A DNA stretch of 64,000 nucleotides from Minisyncoccia bacterium (GTDB lineage: Bacteria; Patescibacteriota; Minisyncoccia; Phycocordibacterales; PALSA-1337): assembly GCA_049997795.1 (NCBI GenBank), contig JBEKVT010000002.1, forward strand, positions 129,664-193,663, written 5' to 3'. Positions 43,390 to 52,204 of this stretch are shown piece by piece (within the stretch, counting starts at the first letter, position 1; every line of letters starts with the position of its first letter). A model generated the notes under the pieces. It saw only the letters and a list, made by a program, of their open reading frames with translations, had not been told where the DNA came from and searched no databases. Both the position numbers and the translations under genes were made by a program.

Positions 43390-44967
43390 ATGCCGGCCAA
43401 CATCCACCTGATCATTCACGACTCGATAGGTGTTTTGTCTACTCTGGTCGCCCTGAGTACGGCATTTTTCGTACTCAAGAGCGACCCCAAGAAGACCGTC
43501 AATATCACCCTGACCTTGACGAACCTGGCAGTGGCGGTCTTTTTGGTCCAAGACATCTGGGGCGCCAGCGTATCGGATCCGATATTGTCGACTAAGATCC
43601 TGATGTGGAACGTGAGCGTGATCTTCATCTGCATGTTCAACTTCCACTGCGTCATGGCGGCTCTGCACCGCGAGAAGGAGAAATGGCTGCTCATCTGGCT
43701 GGTCTATGCATTGGGCACAGCCTTCGTCGCCATGTTTCTCATCTTCCCGGACACTTTCATATTGCAGTCAGTGCCGAAGATGTACCTGCCGAACTATTAC
43801 GTTCCGGGGCAGTTCCATCTGGCGTTCCGGATCATATTCCAGGGCCTCCTCCCCTTCTATTTCATCTACGAACTGGTCAGGGCGTACCGCCATAACCTCG
43901 ATCCGATCGAAAGGAACAGATATTTCTATTTCGCCATCGCTTTCGCCATGGGCTGGGGGCTCGGCGTCATCCCGGACCTCTTGATCTACAACATCCCGGT
44001 GGATCCGATGTGGGGCCTCTTGTTCCCGATCGGCTATGTCATCCCCTTCACTTACGCGGTCCTCCGCTACGAGCTCCTGGACATCAGAGTGGTGGCCAAA
44101 AGGGCGTTCTTGTACGCCCTGGGCGTAGTCGGCGTCGGCCTCTTGATCGGCTTGTTCAACTTCCTGAGCCAGTTGCTCCAGAGCATGTATCCGGGATTCC
44201 CGATCTGGATCACGCCGCTCGTATCCGCCATCATCATCGTCTCGACCGCCCTCCTCGTCTGGCGGCAGCTCAAGGAGGCGGACATCCTGAAATACGAGTT
44301 CGTCACCACCGTGACCCATAAGTTCCGCACGCCCCTGACGCACATCAAATGGGCGGCCGAGAACCTGAAGAAGACGGGGATATCCGAAGACCAGAAGAAT
44401 CAGGTGGACTACATCGAGAGCGCCAACGTCAAGCTGGTGGAATTGACCGACCTCCTGGCCAATGCCTCCGACAGCGACGAGAACGTCTACCAGTACACTC
44501 TGAGGCGCCATGATTTCTCGGCCTTCGTCGAGGAGGTCGTAAACGCGGCCATGGAACATATGAACGCCAAGAAGATCCTGCTCGTCAAGGAGATCTCCCC
44601 GGACGTGTACGCCTCTTTCGACGTCGCTCGTCTCCGGTTCGTGCTCCAGACGTTCCTCGAGAACGCCGTCAACTACACGCCGGAGGGCGGCACGGTCACG
44701 GTCATCGTTTCCAATCGCGGCAGGAGCGCCGTCTGCTCCGTCAAGGACACTGGGCTCGGCATGTCGAAGAGCGAGCTGCCCCTCATCTTCACTAAGCTGT
44801 ATCGCGGGGCGAGAGCGCGCTCGGTCGACACCGAGGGCATGGGCATAGGCCTGTTCATCTCGAAAGGGATCATGAACAGGCACCACGGCAGGATCTGGGT
44901 CGAGTCGGAAGGAGAGAATAAAGGATCCGTCTTCAGCTTCTCTCTGCCGCTCACAAGGCCGACGTAA
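43390..44967 (+). CDS. Multi-TM sensor histidine kinase
   Basis: N-terminal 7TM-like region; HKFRTP, ENAVNYT, DTGLG, GMGIGL. Confidence 0.9.
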   Translation: MPANIHLIIHDSIGVLSTLVALSTAFFVLKSDPKKTVNITLTLTNLAVAVFLVQDIWGASVSDPILSTKILMWNVSVIFICMFNFHCVMAALHREKEKWLLIWLVYALGTAFVAMFLIFPDTFILQSVPKMYLPNYYVPGQFHLAFRIIFQGLLPFYFIYELVRAYRHNLDPIERNRYFYFAIAFAMGWGLGVIPDLLIYNIPVDPMWGLLFPIGYVIPFTYAVLRYELLDIRVVAKRAFLYALGVVGVGLLIGLFNFLSQLLQSMYPGFPIWITPLVSAIIIVSTALLVWRQLKEADILKYEFVTTVTHKFRTPLTHIKWAAENLKKTGISEDQKNQVDYIESANVKLVELTDLLANASDSDENVYQYTLRRHDFSAFVEEVVNAAMEHMNAKKILLVKEISPDVYASFDVARLRFVLQTFLENAVNYTPEGGTVTVIVSNRGRSAVCSVKDTGLGMSKSELPLIFTKLYRGARARSVDTEGMGIGLFISKGIMNRHHGRIWVESEGENKGSVFSFSLPLTRPT

Positions 44968-44992
44968 GCGGGCAGATTTCGATCTTTCGTTG

Positions 44993-45063
44993 TGCGAGAT
45001 GCGGGAATCGAACCCGCGCCGCATGCTTGGGAAGCACGCGTTCTGCCACTAAACTAATCTCGC
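44993..45063 (-). tRNA. tRNA-Gly(CCC)
   Basis: GCGAGAT acceptor, loop TTCCCAA, GGTTCGATTCCC. Confidence 0.93.
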
Positions 45064-45106
45064 CTAAGGATCTCCCCCTCTCCGGCGCTGCCCGGTTAGA
45101 ATAGTA

Positions 45107-45520
45107 CTATCGAAGCCCTATCGCCCGCAACAGCCTCTGCCACCAGCCGAGAGCTTGGATGGGCGCGGTGGAAGAGGAAAGCTGATCCGAAGACGGAACA
45201 GCCGCGGTCTGGCTCGTGCCGCTATCGACGATGACGGCCACCGACTCGCCTGGCTCCGCCGCATGGTATTTCTCCCTCATAGCCGTTTCGACGCCGGCGG
45301 AGGTGGACAGGCCGGCCACCTTGGCCGCCAGATCCGCCCGATCGGCTTCCACCCTAGCCAGCTCGGACCTGGCCTGATCGAGGCGGACAGCGCTTTCGGC
45401 GGCCTTCCCGTATATGCCCCAGGCGGCTCGCGCCAGGAAGCCGAAGGCTATCGCCGCCGCAGCGAGCACGAACGGAGAGGAGATGAAAGCTTTGCGCCTG
45501 AAACGGTTGCGGGACTTCAT
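45107..45520 (-). CDS. Septum formation initiator (FtsB/DivIC-like)
   Basis: TM, coiled coil, VE..MREK.....PGE. Confidence 0.7.
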   Translation of the reverse strand: MKSRNRFRRKAFISSPFVLAAAAIAFGFLARAAWGIYGKAAESAVRLDQARSELARVEADRADLAAKVAGLSTSAGVETAMREKYHAAEPGESVAVIVDSGTSQTAAVPSSDQLSSSTAPIQALGWWQRLLRAIGLR

Positions 45521-45544
45521 GCCTCACAGTATACTACATGCATC

Positions 45545-45652
45545 ATGTTATTCCATGAAAGGACCAGGAGAGCGGCCGGCATCGGCTTCATCGTAGTCTC
45601 CATATTGGTCATAATCAGCATGCTCCTCCTCTACTTCCCGGTGTGGCGGTAA
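45545..45652 (+). CDS. 35-aa single-TM small protein
   Basis: MLFHERTRRAAGIGFIVVSILVIISMLLLYFPVWR; divergent from the ftsB-like gene. Confidence 0.5.
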   Translation: MLFHERTRRAAGIGFIVVSILVIISMLLLYFPVWR

Positions 45653-45654
45653 GA

Positions 45655-45770
45655 GGCGAAGGAGGACATACCCCGAAAGAACTCCACTTTCGAAAGATTC
45701 AAGGCTGAAGAAGAACATTCCTAGGCAGGCTCCCGCTGGGAATGTTCTTTCGGGGCATTCCTCCTTCGCC
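45655..45770. repeat. Long palindromic element between convergent genes (lepA 3' end)
   Basis: GGCGAAGGAGGA..CCCCGAAAGAAC / GTTCTTTCGGGG..TCCTCCTTCGCC plus internal AAGAACATTCC/GGAATGTTCTT. Confidence 0.7.
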
Positions 45771-45774
45771 CCCC

Positions 45775-47568
45775 TCACTCCCCCGCCCGCATCATCTTGA
45801 CGAAGACATCCTGAGGGATGGTGACGGAGCCGTGCTCCTTCAAGCGCTTGCGACCCTCCTTCTGCTTCTCGCGGAGCTTCATCTTGCGGGTGATGTCGCC
45901 TCCGGAGAGCCCGCCGGCAGCGTCTTTCTTCTTGCCCGAGACCGTGCGCGAGGCGATGATGCGGCCCAAGGCCTTGGATTGGATCTTATAAGTGAAGAGC
46001 TCGCGCGGCATGATGGCGCGGAGGCGCTCCACGGCCGACTCGGCCTCTTCGGCGACCCTCCGGCGCGAGACGACCCGGGCGAAGGCCGGCACCGGAGTGT
46101 CCGCGACCAGGATATCCATGCGGACCACGTCGGCCGGACGATTTTCGGTAATATCGTAGGAGATCGAAGCGTAGCCGGACGAAAGGCTCTTCGTCTCGTC
46201 GAAGAAGTTCCTCATGAGCTCGCGCAAAGGCATGACGAGGGTGAGCATGGTCCGGTTGTCGCCGAAGGTGTCGGTGGCCTTGATATCCCCTTCGTGGTCA
46301 TAGATGGACTTCATCAGGCCTCCCAGATACTGAGGCGGCGTGATGATCTTCATGGTGACTATGGGCTCGGAGACCGATTTCAATTCGTGATCATCCGGGA
46401 ACAGGGACGGCGAGTAGACGTTCGACTTCTTGCCGTCCTTCGATTCCACGGAATAAGTGATGGTCGGGGTGGTCACGACGAGCTCAAGGCCGAATTCCCG
46501 GCGCAGGCGCTCGGTCGCAATCTCGAGGTGGAGCATGCCGAGGAAGCCGCATCGGTAGCCCTTGCCCAAGGTGCCGGAGGCCTCTTCTTCATAGCTGAAA
46601 GCTGAGTCGGACAGACGCAAGCGACCGAGGGCCTGGCGGAGAAGCGATAGGTCATCCTGCGATTCAGGGTATAGCGAAGCCCAGACGACCGGATAAGGGC
46701 TCTGGTATCCAGGAAGAGGCGGCAGTCGGTCTTTTTCTGAAGCGACAGTGTCTCCGACGGAGGCGATGCCGGGTTCCTTGACGCCGGTCACGATATAGCC
46801 GATCTCCCCCGCCCCGAGCGACTCTGTCGGAGTATCGTCGGGCTTGAAGACACCGACCTCGATGGCCTCGAATGCCCTGCCGGCTACCTTGAAGGCGAGC
46901 TTATCGTGCTTCTTCACATAGCCGGACATGACGCGCACATAGACGATGACGCCTGTGTGGTTAGAATATTGGAAATCGAAGACTAGAGATCTGAAAACTC
47001 CTGCGTTCTCCGTTTTAGGCGGCGGCACTCTTCTCACGATCTCGCTCAAAAGGTGCTCCACGCCTTCGCCGGTCTTGCCGGAAACCCTCAAAACATCGCC
47101 GGCCGGACAGTTGAGAAGCTGGCTGACTTCATGGACAGCTTCATCTATTTTAGCCAGCGGAGAATCTATCTTGGATACGACGGGGATGATAACGAGCCCG
47201 GCCTGGCGGGCCATATTGAGGGTCGTCAAGGTCTGGGCCTGGACCCCTTGAGTGGCATCGACGAGAAGGATCGAGCCTTCGACGGCGCCGAGCGAGCGCG
47301 AGACTTCATAGGAAAAATCGATGTGACCGGGAGTGTCGATCAAGTTCAAGACGTAATCCTGGCCGCCGGACTTATACTCCATGCGGACCGGCTGCATCTT
47401 GATGGTGATCCCCCGTTCCCTTTCGAGCTCCATCGAGTCCAGGACTTGTTCCTGCATCTTGCGCTTCTCGATAGTGCCCGTGAGCTCGAGCAGACGGTCG
47501 GCCAGGGTCGATTTGCCGTGGTCGATGTGGGCGATGATGGAGAAATTGCGGATATGGCGCGGATCCAT
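45775..47568 (-). CDS. lepA: Elongation factor 4
   Basis: IRNFSIIAHIDHGKSTLADR, DTPGH, GFLGMLH, GGDITRK.KL. Confidence 0.97.
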   Translation of the reverse strand: MDPRHIRNFSIIAHIDHGKSTLADRLLELTGTIEKRKMQEQVLDSMELERERGITIKMQPVRMEYKSGGQDYVLNLIDTPGHIDFSYEVSRSLGAVEGSILLVDATQGVQAQTLTTLNMARQAGLVIIPVVSKIDSPLAKIDEAVHEVSQLLNCPAGDVLRVSGKTGEGVEHLLSEIVRRVPPPKTENAGVFRSLVFDFQYSNHTGVIVYVRVMSGYVKKHDKLAFKVAGRAFEAIEVGVFKPDDTPTESLGAGEIGYIVTGVKEPGIASVGDTVASEKDRLPPLPGYQSPYPVVWASLYPESQDDLSLLRQALGRLRLSDSAFSYEEEASGTLGKGYRCGFLGMLHLEIATERLRREFGLELVVTTPTITYSVESKDGKKSNVYSPSLFPDDHELKSVSEPIVTMKIITPPQYLGGLMKSIYDHEGDIKATDTFGDNRTMLTLVMPLRELMRNFFDETKSLSSGYASISYDITENRPADVVRMDILVADTPVPAFARVVSRRRVAEEAESAVERLRAIMPRELFTYKIQSKALGRIIASRTVSGKKKDAAGGLSGGDITRKMKLREKQKEGRKRLKEHGSVTIPQDVFVKMMRAGE

Positions 47569-47644
47569 AAGGAACCAACTATAACAGATAAAAACTGTTT
47601 TACAAAAGATCGGGCCGCCGACATGGCGGCCGCTTTATCCTCGG

Positions 47645-49324
47645 TCACAAGTGCTCCACTTCGGCCGGCGGCACGGCGGCTTTCCAGATCTTGCGATGGA
47701 AGGCGGCCCAGACCTCGGAGAGCTCCCTGTTCTGGAGGATGATGAGAGTGATGACGAACACTACCAGGCCGATCACGCCCGACAAGAAACCCTGCATGAA
47801 GACGCCCCAGACTTTGGTGAGCGGGAAGACGGCAGCGAAGATCCGGAGCGACAGGTACGAGGCGTAACCCATGATGACCGAGGCGGCGAAGCTGTGGAAG
47901 ATGGTCGAGAAGACCGGCTTGGTGAAGCCGGGGTAGGAACGTTCGAAGGTCACCCAGTGCAGGATGGTGTTCAGGATAACGCCAAGGGTGTAGGCCAGGG
48001 CCAGGATGAGCACGCTGCCGCCGGTCTGGCCGCTGGTCTTCAGGAGATCTTCCAGGAAATAATGGAAGAATGGCATGGTGAAGTAGACCTTCCAGAAGAT
48101 GAAGGCCAGGACGACGATGGAGACAGCGGAGATGGCGTTGATCATCAAGGGCTTGGCCGTCTTGCCTTCGGCGTAGAAGCCGCGGACGAAGAGCACTATG
48201 AGGCTCTGGCCGACGGTCGAGACGATGAAAAGAGCCAGCATGGCGGCGGTCAGCCGAGTGTCGGTCCAGTCGAATTTGCCGGCGCCGAGGACCGTCCTAA
48301 CGATCTGGGCGCGCAGGACGATGAATAAGACCGTAAGCGGCATAGACCAGAAGATGATGTGCCTGGCCGAAGCGATCATCTTCTCCAGGAATTCCTTGAT
48401 GTTCTTGTCGTAATAGAGGCGCGAGAGGGTCGGGAAGACGGCCGACGAGTAGCTCGCTCCGATCAAAGAGAGGGGCACGGACTGCAGATTGAAGGCGAAG
48501 TTGAAGATGGAGATCGAGCCGGAGGCCATGAGCGAAGCCATGGATACCAAGACGAAAGAGGCCAGCTGATTGGCCGAGAGGGTGAGGGTGCGCGGGAAGG
48601 ACGTGAGGATGATGCGCCTGATGTTCGGCCAGTCTATCTTCATGGTGAAGCGCGGCAGGAGCTTCTCGGCCGCCATGAACGGGATCTGGATGCCCATGTG
48701 AAGGAACGCGCCTAAGGCGACGCCCAGGGCGAGACCGGAGACGCCCATGAAGGGATAGAAGAGGAGCACTCCGGCGATGATGCCGGCGTTGTAGACGACC
48801 GGACTCGCGGCATAGACCAAGAAGCGGTGGCGCATCTGGGTCAAGCTGGAGAAGAGGTTCGAAAGGCCGAGGAAGAACGGCGACAGGAGCATGATGCGCA
48901 TGGAGAAGATTAGGGCCGGCAGGGACGGATCACGGGCGAAGCCGGGGATCAATACCGGGATGAGGTATGGCGCGAGGACGAAGGCGACGGCGCTCGCTGC
49001 CACGATCAAGGCGAAGAAGACGGTGAAGATGGAGTCGGAAAAGCCCATGCCCTCTTCCCGGCTCCGGCCGAAACGATCGATGAAATAAGGCAAGAGGATG
49101 GAGGCCGAGACCAGGGAGCCTATCGAAGCGAAGATGAAGTCGGGGATGCGGAAAGCCGCGTAGTAGATGTCCAGAGTGTGCCCGGCACCGAAAGAGAAGG
49201 CCAGGAGCTTGTCGCGGACGAGAGCGAGGATGAGGGAGATCAGGGCGAAGAGCGCCAAGAGATAAGCGGCCTCATGCAGGCCGCGGATCTCCCTGCCTAT
49301 CAGCGTGAACCATCGCTTGACCAT
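47645..49324 (-). CDS. murJ: Lipid II flippase MurJ (MviN)
   Basis: LVRD...A..FGAG..LD.Y.AAFRIPD; 14-TM pattern; P..YN. Confidence 0.88.
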   Translation of the reverse strand: MVKRWFTLIGREIRGLHEAAYLLALFALISLILALVRDKLLAFSFGAGHTLDIYYAAFRIPDFIFASIGSLVSASILLPYFIDRFGRSREEGMGFSDSIFTVFFALIVAASAVAFVLAPYLIPVLIPGFARDPSLPALIFSMRIMLLSPFFLGLSNLFSSLTQMRHRFLVYAASPVVYNAGIIAGVLLFYPFMGVSGLALGVALGAFLHMGIQIPFMAAEKLLPRFTMKIDWPNIRRIILTSFPRTLTLSANQLASFVLVSMASLMASGSISIFNFAFNLQSVPLSLIGASYSSAVFPTLSRLYYDKNIKEFLEKMIASARHIIFWSMPLTVLFIVLRAQIVRTVLGAGKFDWTDTRLTAAMLALFIVSTVGQSLIVLFVRGFYAEGKTAKPLMINAISAVSIVVLAFIFWKVYFTMPFFHYFLEDLLKTSGQTGGSVLILALAYTLGVILNTILHWVTFERSYPGFTKPVFSTIFHSFAASVIMGYASYLSLRIFAAVFPLTKVWGVFMQGFLSGVIGLVVFVITLIILQNRELSEVWAAFHRKIWKAAVPPAEVEHL

Positions 49325-51718
49325 TTACTTGCCCGGCGAGGCCTGCGGCGCCTGCTTCGCCGCCGCGCCATTTCCCGGGAGGGCGGCGGCCGGCAACGGC
49401 TTGCCAGCTCGGAGGGTCGAGAGGATGGCGGCGACTTCGGCGTTGCCCGGGTCTGCCTGGGCTAGCCGGCTAAAGATGTCGATGGCCTCGGCCGTCTTGC
49501 CGAGACGAGCGTCAGAGAGGCCTAGGAGATATGGGGCGCTGGCATAACCGGGGCTAAGCGACTCTATCTTGCTGAAATTCGATGCGGCGGAAGCGTAATC
49601 TCCCTTGACGTATTGGAAGAGGCCGAGGCGGAAGAGAGCCAGGGGGTTTTGGGGAGTCAGGTTCACGGCGAATTGGGCGGCCGAGATGGCCTCGGGAAGG
49701 CTCCCTTTGGAGGACTCGACCTGCGCCAAAAGGAAGATGGCGTCGAAATAGTCGCTCTTCACCGCCAGGGCGTCGCCTATCGTCTGGATGGCCTCGTCGT
49801 ACTGCTTATTCACCGCCTGGAGCCTCGCGAGACTGAGATAGATCGACGGGTTGCCGGGGTTCTCCCTGATGGCGTTGGCATAAGCTGTGACGGCCGTCTC
49901 AGGGCCGTTCGTCATGCCGATAGCCGTCGCCATTTCCGCCACTCTGGCTTCCGAGATGTAATTGTAATAGTTGTCCGGATCGGCGGAGACGGCGGCGAGA
50001 GCGTATCCCAGGCCTTGGTTGACCACGCTCGCGGCCGACTTCACCACTATTTGCGATGTCGAGGCGGTAGACGTCGACGTCAGAGTGCCGACGAGCTCCC
50101 TCGACAGGGCGATGGCCGCCTCGGCGCGCGCCTGCCAATAGATGTCCGTGGGATTCAGGGCGAGGGCGGCGCGGAAGCTGTCATCGGCCATGATCGGGTC
50201 GTTGTCCGCGGTGAGCTCCTTGACGCCCCGGCCGAAATAGGCCAAGGCCTCGGCGCTCCTCAAGAAGACGATCCCCCAGGCGCCGGCGACGACCATGCAG
50301 ACGACCGTCGTGGCCGTAAAGACGCGGCCTCCCGGCTTCATGACGAGATCGAGCGGGCGGAGATGGCCGTAAGCCGCCGAAGCCCCGAGCCATACGCCGG
50401 TCAAGACGAAGGCGGAGTAGAGGACGGCATGCGGCGGCACGTATATGAGGGCCACGAGCCATAGGAAGGCCGCGCCGAAGTACGAAGAGACGACGATGAA
50501 GCCCGCGCACGATCTTTCCGGCTCCGGAGCCGCGCCCCCGCCTTCCGGCGAACGGAGAAGGCTGCGGAGAGACCAGAAGCCGAGCAAGCCGAAGAGCAGG
50601 AGGAACATGGCCCAGACGGCGCCTCCGAACAATCCCTGGGTCACGATGGCGGTCGGCAAGAAGCCGAAGCCGTAATTGAACTCGACGCCCCAGGCATCGG
50701 TCTGATTTATAGCCGAAGGCTTATGATCCAGGAAGGCCTGGATGAAGCGGTTAGGCCCGATGCCGAAGATCGGAGAATCGTTGAGCTCTCCGGCAGTGAC
50801 ATCGAGCGAGAGGCGCCACGGCAGCGAGAATTCGGAATAACCGAGGTTCAATCTGGTGATGACAGGACCGGCCAGAGAGACGCCGTTCCAAATGAAAATC
50901 GAGCAGATGATGGCGGCAGCGAGAGGCAGCCAGGCGATGCGCCGGAGGATAGACGCGCGGGGGCCAGGCGATCGCGGCTTGCCGAGGGACAGGCATACGG
51001 CAAGCGCCAAGAAAGCGACGGCGGCGGCTTCCCAGACTTGGACGCTGTTGATGATATAAGCGAGGATGGCTGACAAGGCGAGCGCGACGTAGCACAGCGC
51101 CTTTTGCCTGGACGCAAGGGACAGGAGCGCCAGAGCGGAGATGGCGAAGATGGCCACGACCGCGGCATACATGGCCAGAGCGTACCAACTGCCGGCGACG
51201 GTCACCGTCGCCGCTTGCAGGACGCCGAACGAAGCGAAGCCGGGTCCGAAGACAAGACGGAGGAAGTGGAAGACGTACAGGACAGCGAACGAGCCGACGA
51301 GGCCGGCGTAAAGGATGACGGCGCGCCCGGCGCTCCTTGCCACGGCGCGATAAGCGACCAGGCCGGCGACGCAAAGGAGCAGGATGAAGCTGCCGGTGCC
51401 GAGCTCGAATCCCTGGCCGAAGAACGATTTGGCGAAATGACCGCTTAGAGCCGACGAGGCGAGGGTGGAGACGGCGAGGAGAGCGCCGACGTAGATCATG
51501 CTCTTGGGCGGCAGGCGGACTTCCCTCTCCTGGAAGGCCGCAACCGAGAAGAGCGCGGCCGAGATCAGGGTCCCGACGGCGATGACGACGGTCTTCGCGG
51601 TCTCCAGAGCGACGTACTGGCTCGGCCAGAAGGCGAGCGGGGCGAGGATGACGGTGGCAAGGAGGACGTAAAAAGCGGCGGATTCCAGACGGGCCGAACG
51701 CGAGGCGGGTGATGGCAT
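49325..51718 (-). CDS. Polytopic membrane protein (O-antigen ligase-like) with C-terminal TPR repeats
   Basis: Many TMs, FGIGPNRF loop, C-terminal TPR pattern. Confidence 0.75.
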   Translation of the reverse strand: MPSPASRSARLESAAFYVLLATVILAPLAFWPSQYVALETAKTVVIAVGTLISAALFSVAAFQEREVRLPPKSMIYVGALLAVSTLASSALSGHFAKSFFGQGFELGTGSFILLLCVAGLVAYRAVARSAGRAVILYAGLVGSFAVLYVFHFLRLVFGPGFASFGVLQAATVTVAGSWYALAMYAAVVAIFAISALALLSLASRQKALCYVALALSAILAYIINSVQVWEAAAVAFLALAVCLSLGKPRSPGPRASILRRIAWLPLAAAIICSIFIWNGVSLAGPVITRLNLGYSEFSLPWRLSLDVTAGELNDSPIFGIGPNRFIQAFLDHKPSAINQTDAWGVEFNYGFGFLPTAIVTQGLFGGAVWAMFLLLFGLLGFWSLRSLLRSPEGGGAAPEPERSCAGFIVVSSYFGAAFLWLVALIYVPPHAVLYSAFVLTGVWLGASAAYGHLRPLDLVMKPGGRVFTATTVVCMVVAGAWGIVFLRSAEALAYFGRGVKELTADNDPIMADDSFRAALALNPTDIYWQARAEAAIALSRELVGTLTSTSTASTSQIVVKSAASVVNQGLGYALAAVSADPDNYYNYISEARVAEMATAIGMTNGPETAVTAYANAIRENPGNPSIYLSLARLQAVNKQYDEAIQTIGDALAVKSDYFDAIFLLAQVESSKGSLPEAISAAQFAVNLTPQNPLALFRLGLFQYVKGDYASAASNFSKIESLSPGYASAPYLLGLSDARLGKTAEAIDIFSRLAQADPGNAEVAAILSTLRAGKPLPAAALPGNGAAAKQAPQASPGK

Positions 51719-51785
51719 AAGGGTATTATATCAAGCCTTGCCTTATATGGACAAGCGCCCTGTTGAGGGGCGCTCGTCCGTGGGC

Positions 51786-52111
51786 GTCGCACATAAGCCG
51801 AATTCTGTTTGGACAACCATATCTCTAGGATGCGCGTCGCCGCGCATCTCAAGCGGTTCTCCGCCTGCCTTGCGGCAGACGGCACGACCTTGCACCGAGG
51901 TAAGGATTTGGCCGTTGCACCCCTCAAGTTTCCATGAGGGCTGATCCCGAAGGATCCGCCAGCCGTTTCCGGCCGGCGCGTCTCTGTTCGCACCTCTCGG
52001 ATCACCCGGACGGGCGTTACCCGCTACCCTGCTGCTCCCGCCTTGCGGCGCGGCCGGTGTTCGGACTTTCCTCACGCGGACGCGAGGCCCGCGCGCGGTT
52101 GTCTGTGCGAC
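51786..52111 (-). ncRNA. rnpB: RNase P RNA
   Basis: Minus strand GAGGAAAGTCC and ACAGAATTCGGCTTA (P4 halves); GTCGCAC/GTGCGAC P1 ends. Confidence 0.93.
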
Positions 52112-52204
52112 TGAAAGTCACCATACCACTCTTCAGGCTCTTTTACAAGAAAATAAAAGAACCGCCCACGAAGAACGGTTTCCTTCCATCGATCTCTGGA
52201 TCTC

